DNA of 48,818 nt from Syntrophobacterales bacterium GWC2_56_13 (GTDB lineage Bacteria > Desulfobacterota > Syntrophia > Syntrophales > UBA5619): the NCBI GenBank assembly GCA_001830835.1, contig MICJ01000009.1, positions 1-48,818 on the forward strand, in the 5' to 3' direction. The notes under the pieces were generated by a model, which saw only the letters and a program-made list of their open reading frames with translations, was not told the origin of the DNA and did no database searches. Both the position numbers and the translations under genes were made by a program. Numbering within the stretch: the first letter of the stretch is position 1; every line of letters begins with the position of its first letter. Shown in pieces: positions 7,809 through 18,359 of this stretch.

Positions 7809-9509
7809 ATGAGTTCTCAGATTCAGCTTCAGCTCTTGGACTTGGTAAACAAAGAGAAATTGGAGAGAATCCTTCGAGTCTTCACCGAGGTCACTGGGGT
7901 GGCGTCAATCATTGCCAATGTTAACGGACACCCTATTACTAAGCCGCTTAATTTCACGCCTTTCTGTCTCAATTTTTGCCGTTCCACTGATAGGGGCAAG
8001 CGTAAATGTCACGAAAGCGACCGCCATGGAGGTCTGGAATCTGCCCGATCCAGAAAACCCTACATTTATAATTGTTTGAACGCCGGGCTCATTGATTGTG
8101 CGGCTCCAGTCATCGTGGCGGGTTATCATCTGGCTACAATTTTGGCGGGCCAGGTCCTGGAGGAACCCATTGCTGCTGAAGCAGCCATTGAACGGGCCAA
8201 AGCAATCGGGATAAAAGATAGAGAAGATTATTTGCAGGCACTGGAAAAGGTACCTTTGATGACACGCGAGCGGTTGCTGGCTGTTGTGAACCTTATGTCC
8301 GAGATCACTCAAACAATCAGCGAATTGGCTTTGCAGAAAGACCAATTACACAAACATTCTCAGCATTATCTCAGCAGGCTGATCAACAGCGTTTCCGATT
8401 GCATTCTATCAACGAATGCCGATGGTAGAATCACCATTGTTAATCAGGCAGGCGTTAAAATGTTTGGCTATGAAACCGTGCAACTTATCGGCGAGTCCAT
8501 TAGAAAGCTTTTTGCGGAGGATGATTCAAAAATTCCGCAGTGGAAGAATCCAGATTCGAGGCTGAGCTTTAATCAGCGTGGCGAGCTAACAGCTATCTCT
8601 TCGGAAGGGCAGACTTTTCCGGTACAAGTGTCCTTCTCTGCAATCGGCGACGCTGGCCAACAAAACACCGGTTATGTATGGGTTATCAGGGACATCTCGG
8701 AAGAGAAAAGGTTGGAGCGGATGAAAGAAGACGTGGTGAACATGATCACTCACGATATGAGAAACCCTATAATTTCCCTGCAAAATGTCTTACAGCTTAT
8801 CGTTAATGGAACTGTTGGACGCCTCAATCTGAAGCAGAAGAACGTTATGGAATTGGCCCTGGCAACCTGTCATCAACTCTCCGGAATGGTGAGTGATATA
8901 TTGGACATTTACCGAAATGAAAGTGGACAGTTTGTACTGCACTGGACCCCTGTGTCCATCGATCAAATCATTTTAGAGAGCTTCAGCCAGCTTGATCTTT
9001 TTGCAAAGGAAAAACGGATATCCATGCAATTTGAAACACCATCACTTCCACTGAAATTACTGGGAGATCAAAAGCGCCTGAGACGAGCTCTTGTCAATTT
9101 ACTGGAGAACGCTATCAAGTACAGCCCGGAGGGCGGTGTTGTCCAGGTTGAGGCGGAAATGCGGGATAGGGGTTGGGAACAATCGGGAAAGCTCGAAACC
9201 ATCCCATCAGATCCGACTTCGGTGAAAGCAGAACAGGATTGTCTTATGCTTACGTTCACGGATCATGGTATCGGCATCCCTGCCGAATACCGTCAGTGCA
9301 TTTTTGATAAATATTTTATCATTAAATCGGAAAGTGAAAGCCGGAGGGAGGGGATTGGGTTGGGTTTGGCTTTTTGCAAGCAGGTTATTGAAGCTCATGG
9401 TGGAAATATATGGGTTGAGTCGCCAGTCCTGAGCGATGCAGCAGGCCATCGACGAGGCTGTTGTTTTTATGTGACATTGCCGGTCAATTTCGCGGAATCG
9501 AGATGCTGA
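7809..9509 (+). CDS. Sensor histidine kinase (PocR-PAS-HisKA-HATPase)
   Basis: PocR Cys pattern (FTPFC..CRS..C.ESD..C.NAGLIDCAAPV..LAGQV), PAS domain, H-box THDMRNP, NLLENAIKY and GIGLGL. Start placed at ATG 7809 after AAGGAAAGG. Confidence 0.92.
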   Translation: MSSQIQLQLLDLVNKEKLERILRVFTEVTGVASIIANVNGHPITKPLNFTPFCLNFCRSTDRGKRKCHESDRHGGLESARSRKPYIYNCLNAGLIDCAAPVIVAGYHLATILAGQVLEEPIAAEAAIERAKAIGIKDREDYLQALEKVPLMTRERLLAVVNLMSEITQTISELALQKDQLHKHSQHYLSRLINSVSDCILSTNADGRITIVNQAGVKMFGYETVQLIGESIRKLFAEDDSKIPQWKNPDSRLSFNQRGELTAISSEGQTFPVQVSFSAIGDAGQQNTGYVWVIRDISEEKRLERMKEDVVNMITHDMRNPIISLQNVLQLIVNGTVGRLNLKQKNVMELALATCHQLSGMVSDILDIYRNESGQFVLHWTPVSIDQIILESFSQLDLFAKEKRISMQFETPSLPLKLLGDQKRLRRALVNLLENAIKYSPEGGVVQVEAEMRDRGWEQSGKLETIPSDPTSVKAEQDCLMLTFTDHGIGIPAEYRQCIFDKYFIIKSESESRREGIGLGLAFCKQVIEAHGGNIWVESPVLSDAAGHRRGCCFYVTLPVNFAESRC

Positions 9510-9586
9510 TAACTGTAGTCATAATCTCGTAGAAAAATGGATTCAACAAAACATAAAATGAATGACGGCAAAGATTTATAGAAGCT

Positions 9587-10252
9587 ATGAGAGTTTTCCT
9601 GGCAGATGATCATCCTTTGTTCCGTATCGGTCTGAGAATTGCTTTGGATCAGGAAACGGACATCCAACTTATTGGAGAAGCCAGTGATGGCTTCAGTGCG
9701 GTCGAGAAAATCCAGGTCGACCCACCCGATGTTTCTCTCATCGATGTGGACATGCCGGGGATATCAGGCATTCGGGTCATTCGCATGCTTCGCAAAGCGT
9801 ACCCTCAAATGAAAATTATAGTACTTTCCACTTACGATGACAAGAATTACATCCATGGCGCCATGCAGGCGGGCGCCGACGGCTACGTGCTCAAATGTGT
9901 TGAGGTTGCTGAACTGGTTCGGATCATAAAGTCTTTTTTTGAGGGACATCAGGCAGTCTCCCCCTATCTGGTGAACCTGTCCTTGGACTTCAAAGCGACT
10001 GTAAGTACGAGCGGGGAAGTCAAAAAAGTTGAGTATCCCGTTTTGACTCACCGTGAAAAGGAAATTCTCCGGTCCATCATCGAGGGTCAGAGCAATAAGG
10101 AAATTTCTCATACCTTGTATGTCAGCGTCGAAACCGTGAAGAGTCATATCAAGAGCATCTACCATAAACTACAAGTAAAAAATCGTGTGGAAGCAGTGAC
10201 AGTCGCCATAAAGCAGAATGTCCTTCCACAAAACGGTATTCATCTAAACTGA
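9587..10252 (+). CDS. NarL/LuxR-family response regulator
   Basis: Receiver domain (DDH, DVDMP) and HTH LTHREKEIL...SVETVKSHIKSIYHKL. Confidence 0.95.
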   Translation: MRVFLADDHPLFRIGLRIALDQETDIQLIGEASDGFSAVEKIQVDPPDVSLIDVDMPGISGIRVIRMLRKAYPQMKIIVLSTYDDKNYIHGAMQAGADGYVLKCVEVAELVRIIKSFFEGHQAVSPYLVNLSLDFKATVSTSGEVKKVEYPVLTHREKEILRSIIEGQSNKEISHTLYVSVETVKSHIKSIYHKLQVKNRVEAVTVAIKQNVLPQNGIHLN

Positions 10253-10265
10253 CATTCCCCAAAAA

Positions 10266-10339
10266 TCACCCAAACGAGGGACTTAATTTCACCCTTATGA
10301 GGGATTTACATTGGCAATTGTTTATGTTTATCCTACAAT
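10266..10339 (+). promoter_or_regulatory. BMC operon promoter with two activator boxes
   Basis: TCACCC-N4-GAGGGA at 10266 and 10289, then TTGGCA (10311)-N17-TACAAT (10334). Confidence 0.65.
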
Positions 10340-10572
10340 TCACAGAGGGGTTCTCCATAGCAGCATGCTTCGTGATCCGACACTGAACATTGCTGTCAGC
10401 TCTGACTATTAGGCCAAATTCTCTAACCCTGAGCTTCGCTCTTTCTCAACAACCCCTTACAGATCTATACCAATGCGGGAAGTGCGTCCAGTTAGACGTA
10501 ATTATGGAACTGAGCGTCTCGCTGTCGACGTGTAAGGCATGATGAGTCATTTGATGAAGAGGAGGTAATGCT

Positions 10573-11679
10573 ATGAGTCGGATGTTACTTGCACCAAGTC
10601 GTTACGTCCAAGGGGAGGGAGCCATCCATGAAATCGGCTTGCACGCCGCAAAGCTTGGTACTAAGGCCTTACTTACCGGAGGGAAAAGGGCTTTAGCCGC
10701 CTGCGGTCAGGCGATTCAAACCAGCCTCAAAGAGAAAAACATCAACTGTTGCCAGGAGCATTTTAACGGGGAATGTTCGGACAATGAAATCAATCGCCTG
10801 GTGAGCCTTGCGCGAAAAGAGGGTGCTGATTTCATCATCGCTGCGGGGGGCGGCAAGGTCATCGACACGGGAAAAGCGGTAGCCCACTTTATGAAAGTGC
10901 CGGTGATCGTCGTGCCAACCATCGCCGCAACGGATGCTCCCTGTTCTGCATTGTCGGTGGTTTACACTGATGCGAGCGTTTTCCAACGGTACCTGGTATT
11001 GCCTCACAACCCGGACTGCGTCCTGGTCGATACCCGTATAGTAGCCGATGCTCCCGTTGAAACCTTAGTGTCCGGCATGGGGGACGCCCTCGCCACCTTC
11101 TGGGAAGCGGATACGTGCAACAAGAGCTGTAAACCCAACGTACTCACTGGAGGAACTCCTCCCACCCGTTCCGCTATCGCGTTAGCCCGCCTGTGCTACG
11201 ACACATTGCTGGAATACGGACTCCAAGCCAAGCTGGCGGTTGAGAACCATTGTGTGACACCGGCAGTTGAAGCCATCGTTGAAGCCAACACTTTGCTGAG
11301 CGGTTTGGGCTTCGAAAGCGGAGGTCTGGCCGGCGCTCACTCAGTGCACAATGGATTTACCGTTCTGGAAAGTTCCCATCACAAACTCCATGGCCAAAAA
11401 GTCGCCTTCGGAACCCTCACCCAGTTGGTTTTGGAAGGCCGTTCATCAGATGAAATTTATGAGGTATTGGATTTTTGTCTCACCGTAGGGCTGCCGGTTT
11501 GTTTGGATGATTTGGGCATTCACAATCCCACGCGAGAAGAAATCCGAAAAGTGGCTGAAGCCACAACGGCTCCGGGTGAAACCATTCATGCCACCTGGTT
11601 CGAAGTCACTGCCGATAAGGTCGAGGCAGCAATATGGACGGCCAACGCCTTGGCCAAAAACTACAAGGAGGAGGGCTAA
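10573..11679 (+). CDS. gldA: Glycerol dehydrogenase
   Basis: APSRYVQG, GGGKVIDTGK, PTIAATDAPCS, GFESGGLAGAHSVHNG and HGQKVAFG. Confidence 0.93.
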   Translation: MSRMLLAPSRYVQGEGAIHEIGLHAAKLGTKALLTGGKRALAACGQAIQTSLKEKNINCCQEHFNGECSDNEINRLVSLARKEGADFIIAAGGGKVIDTGKAVAHFMKVPVIVVPTIAATDAPCSALSVVYTDASVFQRYLVLPHNPDCVLVDTRIVADAPVETLVSGMGDALATFWEADTCNKSCKPNVLTGGTPPTRSAIALARLCYDTLLEYGLQAKLAVENHCVTPAVEAIVEANTLLSGLGFESGGLAGAHSVHNGFTVLESSHHKLHGQKVAFGTLTQLVLEGRSSDEIYEVLDFCLTVGLPVCLDDLGIHNPTREEIRKVAEATTAPGETIHATWFEVTADKVEAAIWTANALAKNYKEEG

Positions 11680-11811
11680 TCATGGCTTTATTACCCGTTT
11701 CCATAAGCATTGGAGTGTGAGACAAGGTTTAAGAGGACGGATCGTGGACTGCCAAGCAGGGCTGCCCACGATCCGTTGGCAGTGATCACATCAAGACTTG
11801 GAGGATTGAAA

Positions 11812-12099
11812 ATGGTAAAAGAAGCATTGGGATTGATCGAAACGAAGGGGCTGGTCGCCATGATCGAAGCATCGGACGCCATGGTTAAAGCTGCCAACGT
11901 CCAGTTGGTCGGGTACGTAAAGATCGGGGCAGGCTTGGTGACCACCATGGTGAGAGGCGACGTGGGAGCGGTGAAAGCGGCCACTGACGCAGGTGCGGCC
12001 GCTGCACAAAAGGTGGGGGAAGTGATTTCAGTCCATGTGATACCCAGGCCACACCAGGATGTTGAAAAGATCTTGCCGCAACTCCCTGTTAACGAATAG
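11812..12099 (+). CDS. pduA: BMC-H shell hexamer, PduA/PduJ type
   Basis: [27 protein letters not shown]...HVIPRPH; RBS GGAGG. Confidence 0.92.
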   Translation: MVKEALGLIETKGLVAMIEASDAMVKAANVQLVGYVKIGAGLVTTMVRGDVGAVKAATDAGAAAAQKVGEVISVHVIPRPHQDVEKILPQLPVNE

Positions 12100-12150
12100 C
12101 TGGAAATAGGACCATATCCATAATTGTACAGAACCGGGAGGTGATATCCG

Positions 12151-12969
12151 ATGCAAGAGGAACTAATTAACAGAGTCATGCAAGAGGTGATGAAAAGGGT
12201 GGGTTCTGCGGCCTCCGGGAAAGCGAACCCGAAAGAATCTGAGGGAGGTGGCCCCAAGACGGTGCTTCCCAACCCCGACCTGGTTCAGGTCACGGAGTTT
12301 GTTGGAATAGGCTTGGGAGAGACACAGGGGATTGTCATTGCCAACCTTGATCCTGCCATTCACACGTTAATGGGAATCCCCGAAAAATATCGTGCAATCG
12401 GGGTGATCGGCGGCCGTGTTGGGGCAGGCCCTCAAATCATGGCAGCAGATGAAGCCGTGAAGGCCACCAACACCGAAATACTTGCCGTGGAAATGCCCCG
12501 AGATACAAAGGGTGGAGCCGGTCACGGAAATTTGATCATCTTCGGTGCAGAGGATGTATCTGATGCCCGGCGCGCGGTGGAAGTGACGCTGGAAGTCTTA
12601 CCGAAATATTTTGGGGATGTCTATGCCAACGACCAGGGGCATCTTGAACTACAGTACACCGCCCGCGCCAGCCGTTGCTTGCATTACGTGTTCAAATCTC
12701 CCGAAGGGAAAGCTTTCGGGTTGATTCTTGGGGCGCCCGCAGTGATCGGCGTATTGATGATCGATACGGCGGTCAAGGCGGCGGATGTCCAGGTGGTGGG
12801 TTATGCTTCTCCCGCAAAAGGAACGAGCCTCACCAATGAAGTCATGATATGGGTAACCGGAGACTCGGGTGCAGTGCGCCAGGCTGTCACGGCCAGCCGT
12901 GAAATAGGAATCAAGCTGCTTGGTGCATGGGGTCAGGAACCCAAGTCTGTCACTCAACCATACATTTGA
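12151..12969 (+). CDS. pduB: BMC-T shell protein PduB
   Basis: GAGPQIMAADEAVKATN and RDTKGGAGHG, with an N-terminal amphipathic extension. Confidence 0.93.
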   Translation: MQEELINRVMQEVMKRVGSAASGKANPKESEGGGPKTVLPNPDLVQVTEFVGIGLGETQGIVIANLDPAIHTLMGIPEKYRAIGVIGGRVGAGPQIMAADEAVKATNTEILAVEMPRDTKGGAGHGNLIIFGAEDVSDARRAVEVTLEVLPKYFGDVYANDQGHLELQYTARASRCLHYVFKSPEGKAFGLILGAPAVIGVLMIDTAVKAADVQVVGYASPAKGTSLTNEVMIWVTGDSGAVRQAVTASREIGIKLLGAWGQEPKSVTQPYI

Positions 12970-12986
12970 TAGAGAAGGGGCAACCG

Positions 12987-14654
12987 ATGAGTAAGAGACA
13001 AAAGCGCTTTGAGGTGCTGGCCCAGCGTCCAGTCAACAAGGACGGCTTTATCAAGGAGTGGATGGAAGTGGGCCTTGTTGCGATGGACAGCCCAAATGAT
13101 CCAGCACCTGGAATCAAGATCCAAAACGGTAAGGTTGTCGAGCTTGACGGGAAACTCCGTGAGAAGTTTGACATGATTGATTTATGGATTGCCGACCATT
13201 CTATCGACACCTCGATAGCTGAGAAGGCCATGGCCATTGATTCGACCCAGTTTGCCCGGATGCTCGTGGACATCAATGTGCCTCGCGCAGAAATTGTGCG
13301 CCTATCCGTAGGACTGACGCCGGCCAAAATATTGGATGTCTTGAATAAGATGAATGTGGTTGAGCTGATGATGGCCATGCAGAAGATGCGGCCCCGCCGC
13401 ACGCCTTCCAATCAGGCCCACGTGACCAATCTGAAAGACCATCCTGCCCTCTTGGCGGCGGATGCCGCGGAAGCGGCCTTCCGTGGCTTTACGGAAGAGG
13501 AAACCACCGTGGGGGTGGGGCGCTATGCTCCCATGAATGCCCTTTCCTTATTGGTGGGCGCCCAGACGGGCTGCCCCGGTGTCATCAACCAGTGCGCCGT
13601 GGAGGAAGCGCTCGAACTCAGCATGGGTATGCGCGGACTCACGGCCTATGCGGAAACGGTGTCCGTGTACGGTACCGAGCAGGTATTCGTGGACGGAGAT
13701 GATACTCCCTGGTCAAAAGCGTATCTCGCTTCCGCCTATGCCTCGCGAGGTCTCAAGATGCGGTACACTTCAGGGACCGGTTCGGAGGTGCAGATGGGCT
13801 ATGCCGATGGCAAGTCCATGCTATACTTGGAGATTCGCTGTGTGATGCTCGCCAAGGGAGTAGGCGTCCAGGGCGTGCAAAATGGTTCCATCAGTTGTAT
13901 CGGTGTTCCCGGATCCGTTCCCTCCGGCATTCGCGCGGTGCTTGCGGAAAACGTGGCCACGGTCCTGCTGGACCTCGAAGTGGCCTCGGGCAATGACCAG
14001 ACGTTTACCCATTCGCCCATTCGCAATACAGCTCGCATGCTCATGCAGTTTCTCCCCGGTACGGACCTGATCGTTTCGGGCTACAGTTCGGTGCCCAATT
14101 ATGACAACATGTTTGCCGGCTCCACACATGACTGCGACGATTATGACGACTGGCTGGTTTTGCAGCGCGACCTTCAGATTGACGGCGGCCTGCACCCGGT
14201 AAAAGAAGCGGACGTCATCGCGATCCGCAACAAGGGCGCCCGCGCCTTGCAGGCCGTGTTTAAGGAAGTGGGGCTCCCACCGATAACGGACGAAGAGGTT
14301 GAAGCCGTCACCTATGCGCATGGCAGCAAGGACGTGCCTGACCGTAATGTGACGGAAGATCTCCGCGCCATTGAAGATTTCATGAAGCGCGGCGGCAACG
14401 GGGTCGACGCGGTGCGCGCATTGGTAAAACATGGATTCCGCGATGTGGCGGAAGCGGTGCTGGGCATTCTCAAGCAAAAAATTTCCGGCGATTATCTCCA
14501 TACATCGGCCATTCTGAAACCCAATTTCGATGTATTGAGCGCGGTGAACGACCTCAACGATTACCAGGGACCCGGTACCGGTTATCGTCTCGAAGGTAAA
14601 AGGTGGGAAATCTTGAAGGACATCCCGCAAGCCATCAGTCCTGAAGATATTTAG
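12987..14654 (+). CDS. pduC: B12-dependent diol/glycerol dehydratase large subunit
   Basis: KRFEVLAQRPVNKDGF, EETTVGVGRYAP, DGDDTPWSKA and PNYDNMFAGS. Confidence 0.96.
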   Translation: MSKRQKRFEVLAQRPVNKDGFIKEWMEVGLVAMDSPNDPAPGIKIQNGKVVELDGKLREKFDMIDLWIADHSIDTSIAEKAMAIDSTQFARMLVDINVPRAEIVRLSVGLTPAKILDVLNKMNVVELMMAMQKMRPRRTPSNQAHVTNLKDHPALLAADAAEAAFRGFTEEETTVGVGRYAPMNALSLLVGAQTGCPGVINQCAVEEALELSMGMRGLTAYAETVSVYGTEQVFVDGDDTPWSKAYLASAYASRGLKMRYTSGTGSEVQMGYADGKSMLYLEIRCVMLAKGVGVQGVQNGSISCIGVPGSVPSGIRAVLAENVATVLLDLEVASGNDQTFTHSPIRNTARMLMQFLPGTDLIVSGYSSVPNYDNMFAGSTHDCDDYDDWLVLQRDLQIDGGLHPVKEADVIAIRNKGARALQAVFKEVGLPPITDEEVEAVTYAHGSKDVPDRNVTEDLRAIEDFMKRGGNGVDAVRALVKHGFRDVAEAVLGILKQKISGDYLHTSAILKPNFDVLSAVNDLNDYQGPGTGYRLEGKRWEILKDIPQAISPEDI

Positions 14655-14677
14655 GCATGAGTGAGGGAGGCAGAGAA

Positions 14678-15322
14678 ATGAACATTACCGAAGATATAGT
14701 CAGGGAAATTATCCTTGAAGTTTTGCGGGAAATGGAGGCGGGAGAACAACCTGCCGGATCTTTCAAGGAGGGCGGAACCCCGCTGGCAATCAAAGAAATC
14801 GGCGTTGCCAGGGCCGGCGTTGCCAAGAATGAGGTAGTCATTGCGGTGCCCCCCGCATTCGGTACGGTGATGAACAAAACCATCGTCGGCATTCCCCACC
14901 AGCAGGTCTTGAGAGAGATCATCGCCGGCATTGAGGAGGAAGGCCTCAAGGCACGTCTGGTCAGAATCTATCGGACGGCGGACGTTGCGCAAATATCTCA
15001 TGAAGCCGCGAAACTCAGTGGTTCAGGAATCGGGATCGGCATCCTTTCCCGGGGCACTACCGTCATCCATCAGAAAGATCTCAAACCCCTTCAGAATCTG
15101 GAATTGTTCTCGCAATCCCCTCTTGTGGATTTGGAGATGTTTCGCGCAATTGGGAGCAATGCCGCGAAATACGCGAAAGGGGAAAGTCCCCGCCCTCTGC
15201 GGGTGCGTAACGATCCCATGGCTCGGCCTCGGTACCAGGGACTCGCAGCGCTGCTTCACAACAAGGAGACCCAGTACGTGAATCCGGATAAGCAGGCCCA
15301 GGAAGTCACGGTTCAACTTTAG
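14678..15322 (+). CDS. pduD: Dehydratase medium subunit with N-terminal encapsulation peptide
   Basis: EVVIAVPPAF, AGIEEEG and GTTVIHQKDL; N-terminus EDIVREIILEVLREM. Confidence 0.95.
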   Translation: MNITEDIVREIILEVLREMEAGEQPAGSFKEGGTPLAIKEIGVARAGVAKNEVVIAVPPAFGTVMNKTIVGIPHQQVLREIIAGIEEEGLKARLVRIYRTADVAQISHEAAKLSGSGIGIGILSRGTTVIHQKDLKPLQNLELFSQSPLVDLEMFRAIGSNAAKYAKGESPRPLRVRNDPMARPRYQGLAALLHNKETQYVNPDKQAQEVTVQL

Positions 15323-15385
15323 CATGGCCTCTGACTTCGCCTCGGGCAGTGAAAGGCACACAACTTGTGGGAGGAATAGTCGACG

Positions 15386-15949
15386 ATGAGCGATGAACAA
15401 TTGTCGAAAATGATAGAGCGCATGGCCCAGACCAAAGGGGTCAATGTCTCTCCCGAGCTTCTCAAGGAAGCGGTGAAGAGAGTCGTGACGGTCCTGAGCG
15501 AGAGTTCCATGAGCGCCCAGGCGCCTGCACACAAGGGACTTGACCCGAAGAGAGATTATCCCTTAGCCCAAAAACGACCCGATTTGGTGCAAACGTCCAC
15601 CGGCCTTAGCCTTGCCGATATAACCCTGGACAAGGTGGCAAGTGGAAAAATCGCTTTTGAGGACATGAAAATACGCCCGGAGACTCTGGAATATCAGGCG
15701 CAAATCGCTGAAGCCTGTGGGCGGCCGCAACTGGCCAACAATATCCGGCGGGCTGCAGAGTTGACGCGCCTTTCAGACCAGCGTGTCCTGGAGGTTTATG
15801 AATCCTTGAGACCCTATCGCTCCACCAAAAAAGAGATGCTTGATATTGCCAATGAACTGGAATCAAAATACCAGGCTCGCATCTGCGCCGCTCTAGTGCG
15901 GGAAGCGGCAGAGGTCTATGAAAAGCGGGGTCGGTTGCGTCGAGAATAA
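15386..15949 (+). CDS. pduE: Dehydratase small subunit
   Basis: DYPLAQKRPD, RRAAELT, LRPYRSTK and REAAEVYEKR. Confidence 0.95.
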   Translation: MSDEQLSKMIERMAQTKGVNVSPELLKEAVKRVVTVLSESSMSAQAPAHKGLDPKRDYPLAQKRPDLVQTSTGLSLADITLDKVASGKIAFEDMKIRPETLEYQAQIAEACGRPQLANNIRRAAELTRLSDQRVLEVYESLRPYRSTKKEMLDIANELESKYQARICAALVREAAEVYEKRGRLRRE

Positions 15950-16001
15950 GAGCGTTTCCGTCGAGAAAGCCCAAGAGATTGATTTGATGGAGCCGACCGT
16001 C

Positions 16002-17828
16002 ATGGCCTACATTGCGGGCGTTGATGTTGGTAACAATACAACCGAGGTCGCCATAGCGGAGGTAAATCAACAGGGAAAGGTCAGCTTTCTTTCGAGTGCA
16101 ATTGTACGGACAGTGGGCATCAAAGGCACCATTCAAAATGCCATAGGGGTAATCTTTGCCCTCGATACGGCTCTCAAGCCCTTGGCCTTGCAGCGCAAAC
16201 ATCTTTCCCTGATTCTTCTCAATGAAGCTACTCCGGTCATCGGTGATGTGGCTATGGAGACGATCACCGAAACAATCATCACCGAATCGGCCATGATCGG
16301 TCATAACCCTTCAACTCCTGGCGGCCAAGGTTTAGGGGTGGGAACGACCATCGCCTTAGATTCTTTGGCATCGGCAGTCCGAGGTCAGAAATGGATACTC
16401 GTCATGCCCGAAACAGTGGATTTTCGGGAAGCGGCTGCCCGCATCAATGAATTCATGGCGGAAGGCAAAGAGATTGTCGGAGCAATTATCCGGAATGACG
16501 ACGGCGTGCTCATTCACAATCGCTTACTCCGCCCCATCCCCATCGTTGACGAGGTGGAACACATTGATCGTGTCCCATTGGGAATGCCGGCGGCGGTGGA
16601 GGTAGCGCCCCCCGGGAGAACCATCGAAAAGCTCTCCAATCCCTATGACATTGCCACCATATTCAATCTGGACTCCGAAGAAACCCGTCGGATTGTTCCC
16701 GTAGCGCGAGCTCTTATGGGCATCCGTAGCGCCGTCGTCATCAAGACCCCAAAGGGAGATATTCAGGAGCGACGGATTCCCGCAGGAAAGCTTGTCCTCA
16801 TTGGCAAGAACCAGAAGGCCCAGGTGCAGGTTGAGGAGGGGGCCGAGGCCATCATGGCACGCACGGAAGAGATTTCCCCTCTTGTGGAAATCCAGGCGGA
16901 ACCGGGCACTAATGTGGGGGGAATGTTTGAACAGGTAAGAAAGGTCATGGCTGAACTGACGGATCAGCCGGTCCAACAGATCTCGGTACGCGATATCCTT
17001 GCGGTGGATACTTTTAAACCCCAGAGGGTTCTGGGGGCCTTGGCAGGCGAATACACATTGGGAAATGCGGTCGGGCTAGCCGCCATGGTGGAAACGCACA
17101 AGCTCCCCATGCAGCGCCTGGCGAGTAAGATTGAGGACGAGATCCTTGTTTCTTGTGCCGTCGGCGGAGTTGAAGCAGAGATGGCTGTCCGTGGAGCTTT
17201 AACCACTCCCGGAACCAGCCCCCCCTTGGCCATCCTGGATCTTGGGGGAGGGTCCACGGATGCCGCGTTAATCTCGGAAGATGGAATGATTCAAAGCATT
17301 CACCTGGCTGGCGCGGGCGAGATGGTCACCTTGCTAATAGACACGGAATTGGGTCTTGAAGACAAAGAACTCTCAGAAGACATCAAGCGCTACCCTCTGG
17401 CAAGAGTGGAGAGCCTTTTACACATACGACATGAAGACGGTTCCGTGCAATTCTTTGAAAAGGCGCTGGACCCAAAATTCTTCGGGCGGCTGGCCATCGT
17501 CACCGATACCGGGCTCCTACCTCTCGACGCCAAGGTCACTCTGGAACAGGTTATCGCCGTTCGCCGGCAGGCTAAACGCAAGGTTTTTGTCAGCAATGCC
17601 CTCCGCGCATTAAAAAGAGTGGCCCCAGCGGGAAACATCCGGCTGATACACTTCGTGGTTCTGGTGGGAGGTTCAGCATTAGATTTTGAAATACCCAAAA
17701 TGGTTACGGATGCGCTCAGCGAATACGGGGTTGTAACCGGCAGAGCGAATGTTCGAGGCACAGAAGGCCCGCGTAACGCCGTGGCCACGGGTCTCATCCT
17801 TGCCCATGAGGAAAAGAGGGCAGCATGA
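16002..17828 (+). CDS. pduG: Dehydratase reactivase alpha subunit
   Basis: AGVDVGNNTTEVA, ETITETIITES, LDLGGGSTDA and GPRNAVATGL. Confidence 0.95.
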   Translation: MAYIAGVDVGNNTTEVAIAEVNQQGKVSFLSSAIVRTVGIKGTIQNAIGVIFALDTALKPLALQRKHLSLILLNEATPVIGDVAMETITETIITESAMIGHNPSTPGGQGLGVGTTIALDSLASAVRGQKWILVMPETVDFREAAARINEFMAEGKEIVGAIIRNDDGVLIHNRLLRPIPIVDEVEHIDRVPLGMPAAVEVAPPGRTIEKLSNPYDIATIFNLDSEETRRIVPVARALMGIRSAVVIKTPKGDIQERRIPAGKLVLIGKNQKAQVQVEEGAEAIMARTEEISPLVEIQAEPGTNVGGMFEQVRKVMAELTDQPVQQISVRDILAVDTFKPQRVLGALAGEYTLGNAVGLAAMVETHKLPMQRLASKIEDEILVSCAVGGVEAEMAVRGALTTPGTSPPLAILDLGGGSTDAALISEDGMIQSIHLAGAGEMVTLLIDTELGLEDKELSEDIKRYPLARVESLLHIRHEDGSVQFFEKALDPKFFGRLAIVTDTGLLPLDAKVTLEQVIAVRRQAKRKVFVSNALRALKRVAPAGNIRLIHFVVLVGGSALDFEIPKMVTDALSEYGVVTGRANVRGTEGPRNAVATGLILAHEEKRAA

Positions 17829-18328
17829 ACCGGCATCCCGCAGTATGGATATTTAAGGCCCGCTCTGTTTTGACCGATTCCTTTCAACCTGTACTCTGGG
17901 GTCTGGAAGAAGAAGGAATCCCGTTCGAAATCCGCGAAGTGAGCAACGGGCCGATTGTAGACCTTGCTAAGCAGGCTGCCGATGGTTCGCCTCTCAATGT
18001 AGGTATCGGTATAGGTGGAAGTGGTGAGGTTATTCTTCATCACCATGATTTACCGAGCGAGACTCCATTGTTTTCTCTTACAACCAAAACCCGGCAGCCC
18101 GTCCGTTTGCGTCACCTGGGAATGAATGCCGCCCGCTTGGTCAAAGGGCAACCCCTCGTCTTTGGCAGTGACGGGGCCTCTCTTGCCGGCGTTGATAATT
18201 CTCTAAGGAATCCTCAAGATGAATCGGAGGAGCTGATCAATCTGATACTTGATGAGATACTGAAGGGTTATGCTGATTTATCGAACGACGATTGTGCGAT
18301 CCGAAAATGTCAGAGTGGGGAGTTATAA
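17825..18328 (+). CDS. pduH: Dehydratase reactivase beta subunit with C-terminal extension
   Basis: VLWGLEEEGIP, SPLNVGIG and GMNAARLVKGQP. Confidence 0.9.
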   Translation: MNRHPAVWIFKARSVLTDSFQPVLWGLEEEGIPFEIREVSNGPIVDLAKQAADGSPLNVGIGIGGSGEVILHHHDLPSETPLFSLTTKTRQPVRLRHLGMNAARLVKGQPLVFGSDGASLAGVDNSLRNPQDESEELINLILDEILKGYADLSNDDCAIRKCQSGEL

Positions 18329-18359
18329 GATCCGCGGTTGTGGAAAGAGGGGATGAACG

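Noticed and set aside
10345..10572. Cobalamin riboswitch in the long gldA leader
   Set aside because: I could not find the B12-box or core motifs; an Rfam scan would settle it.
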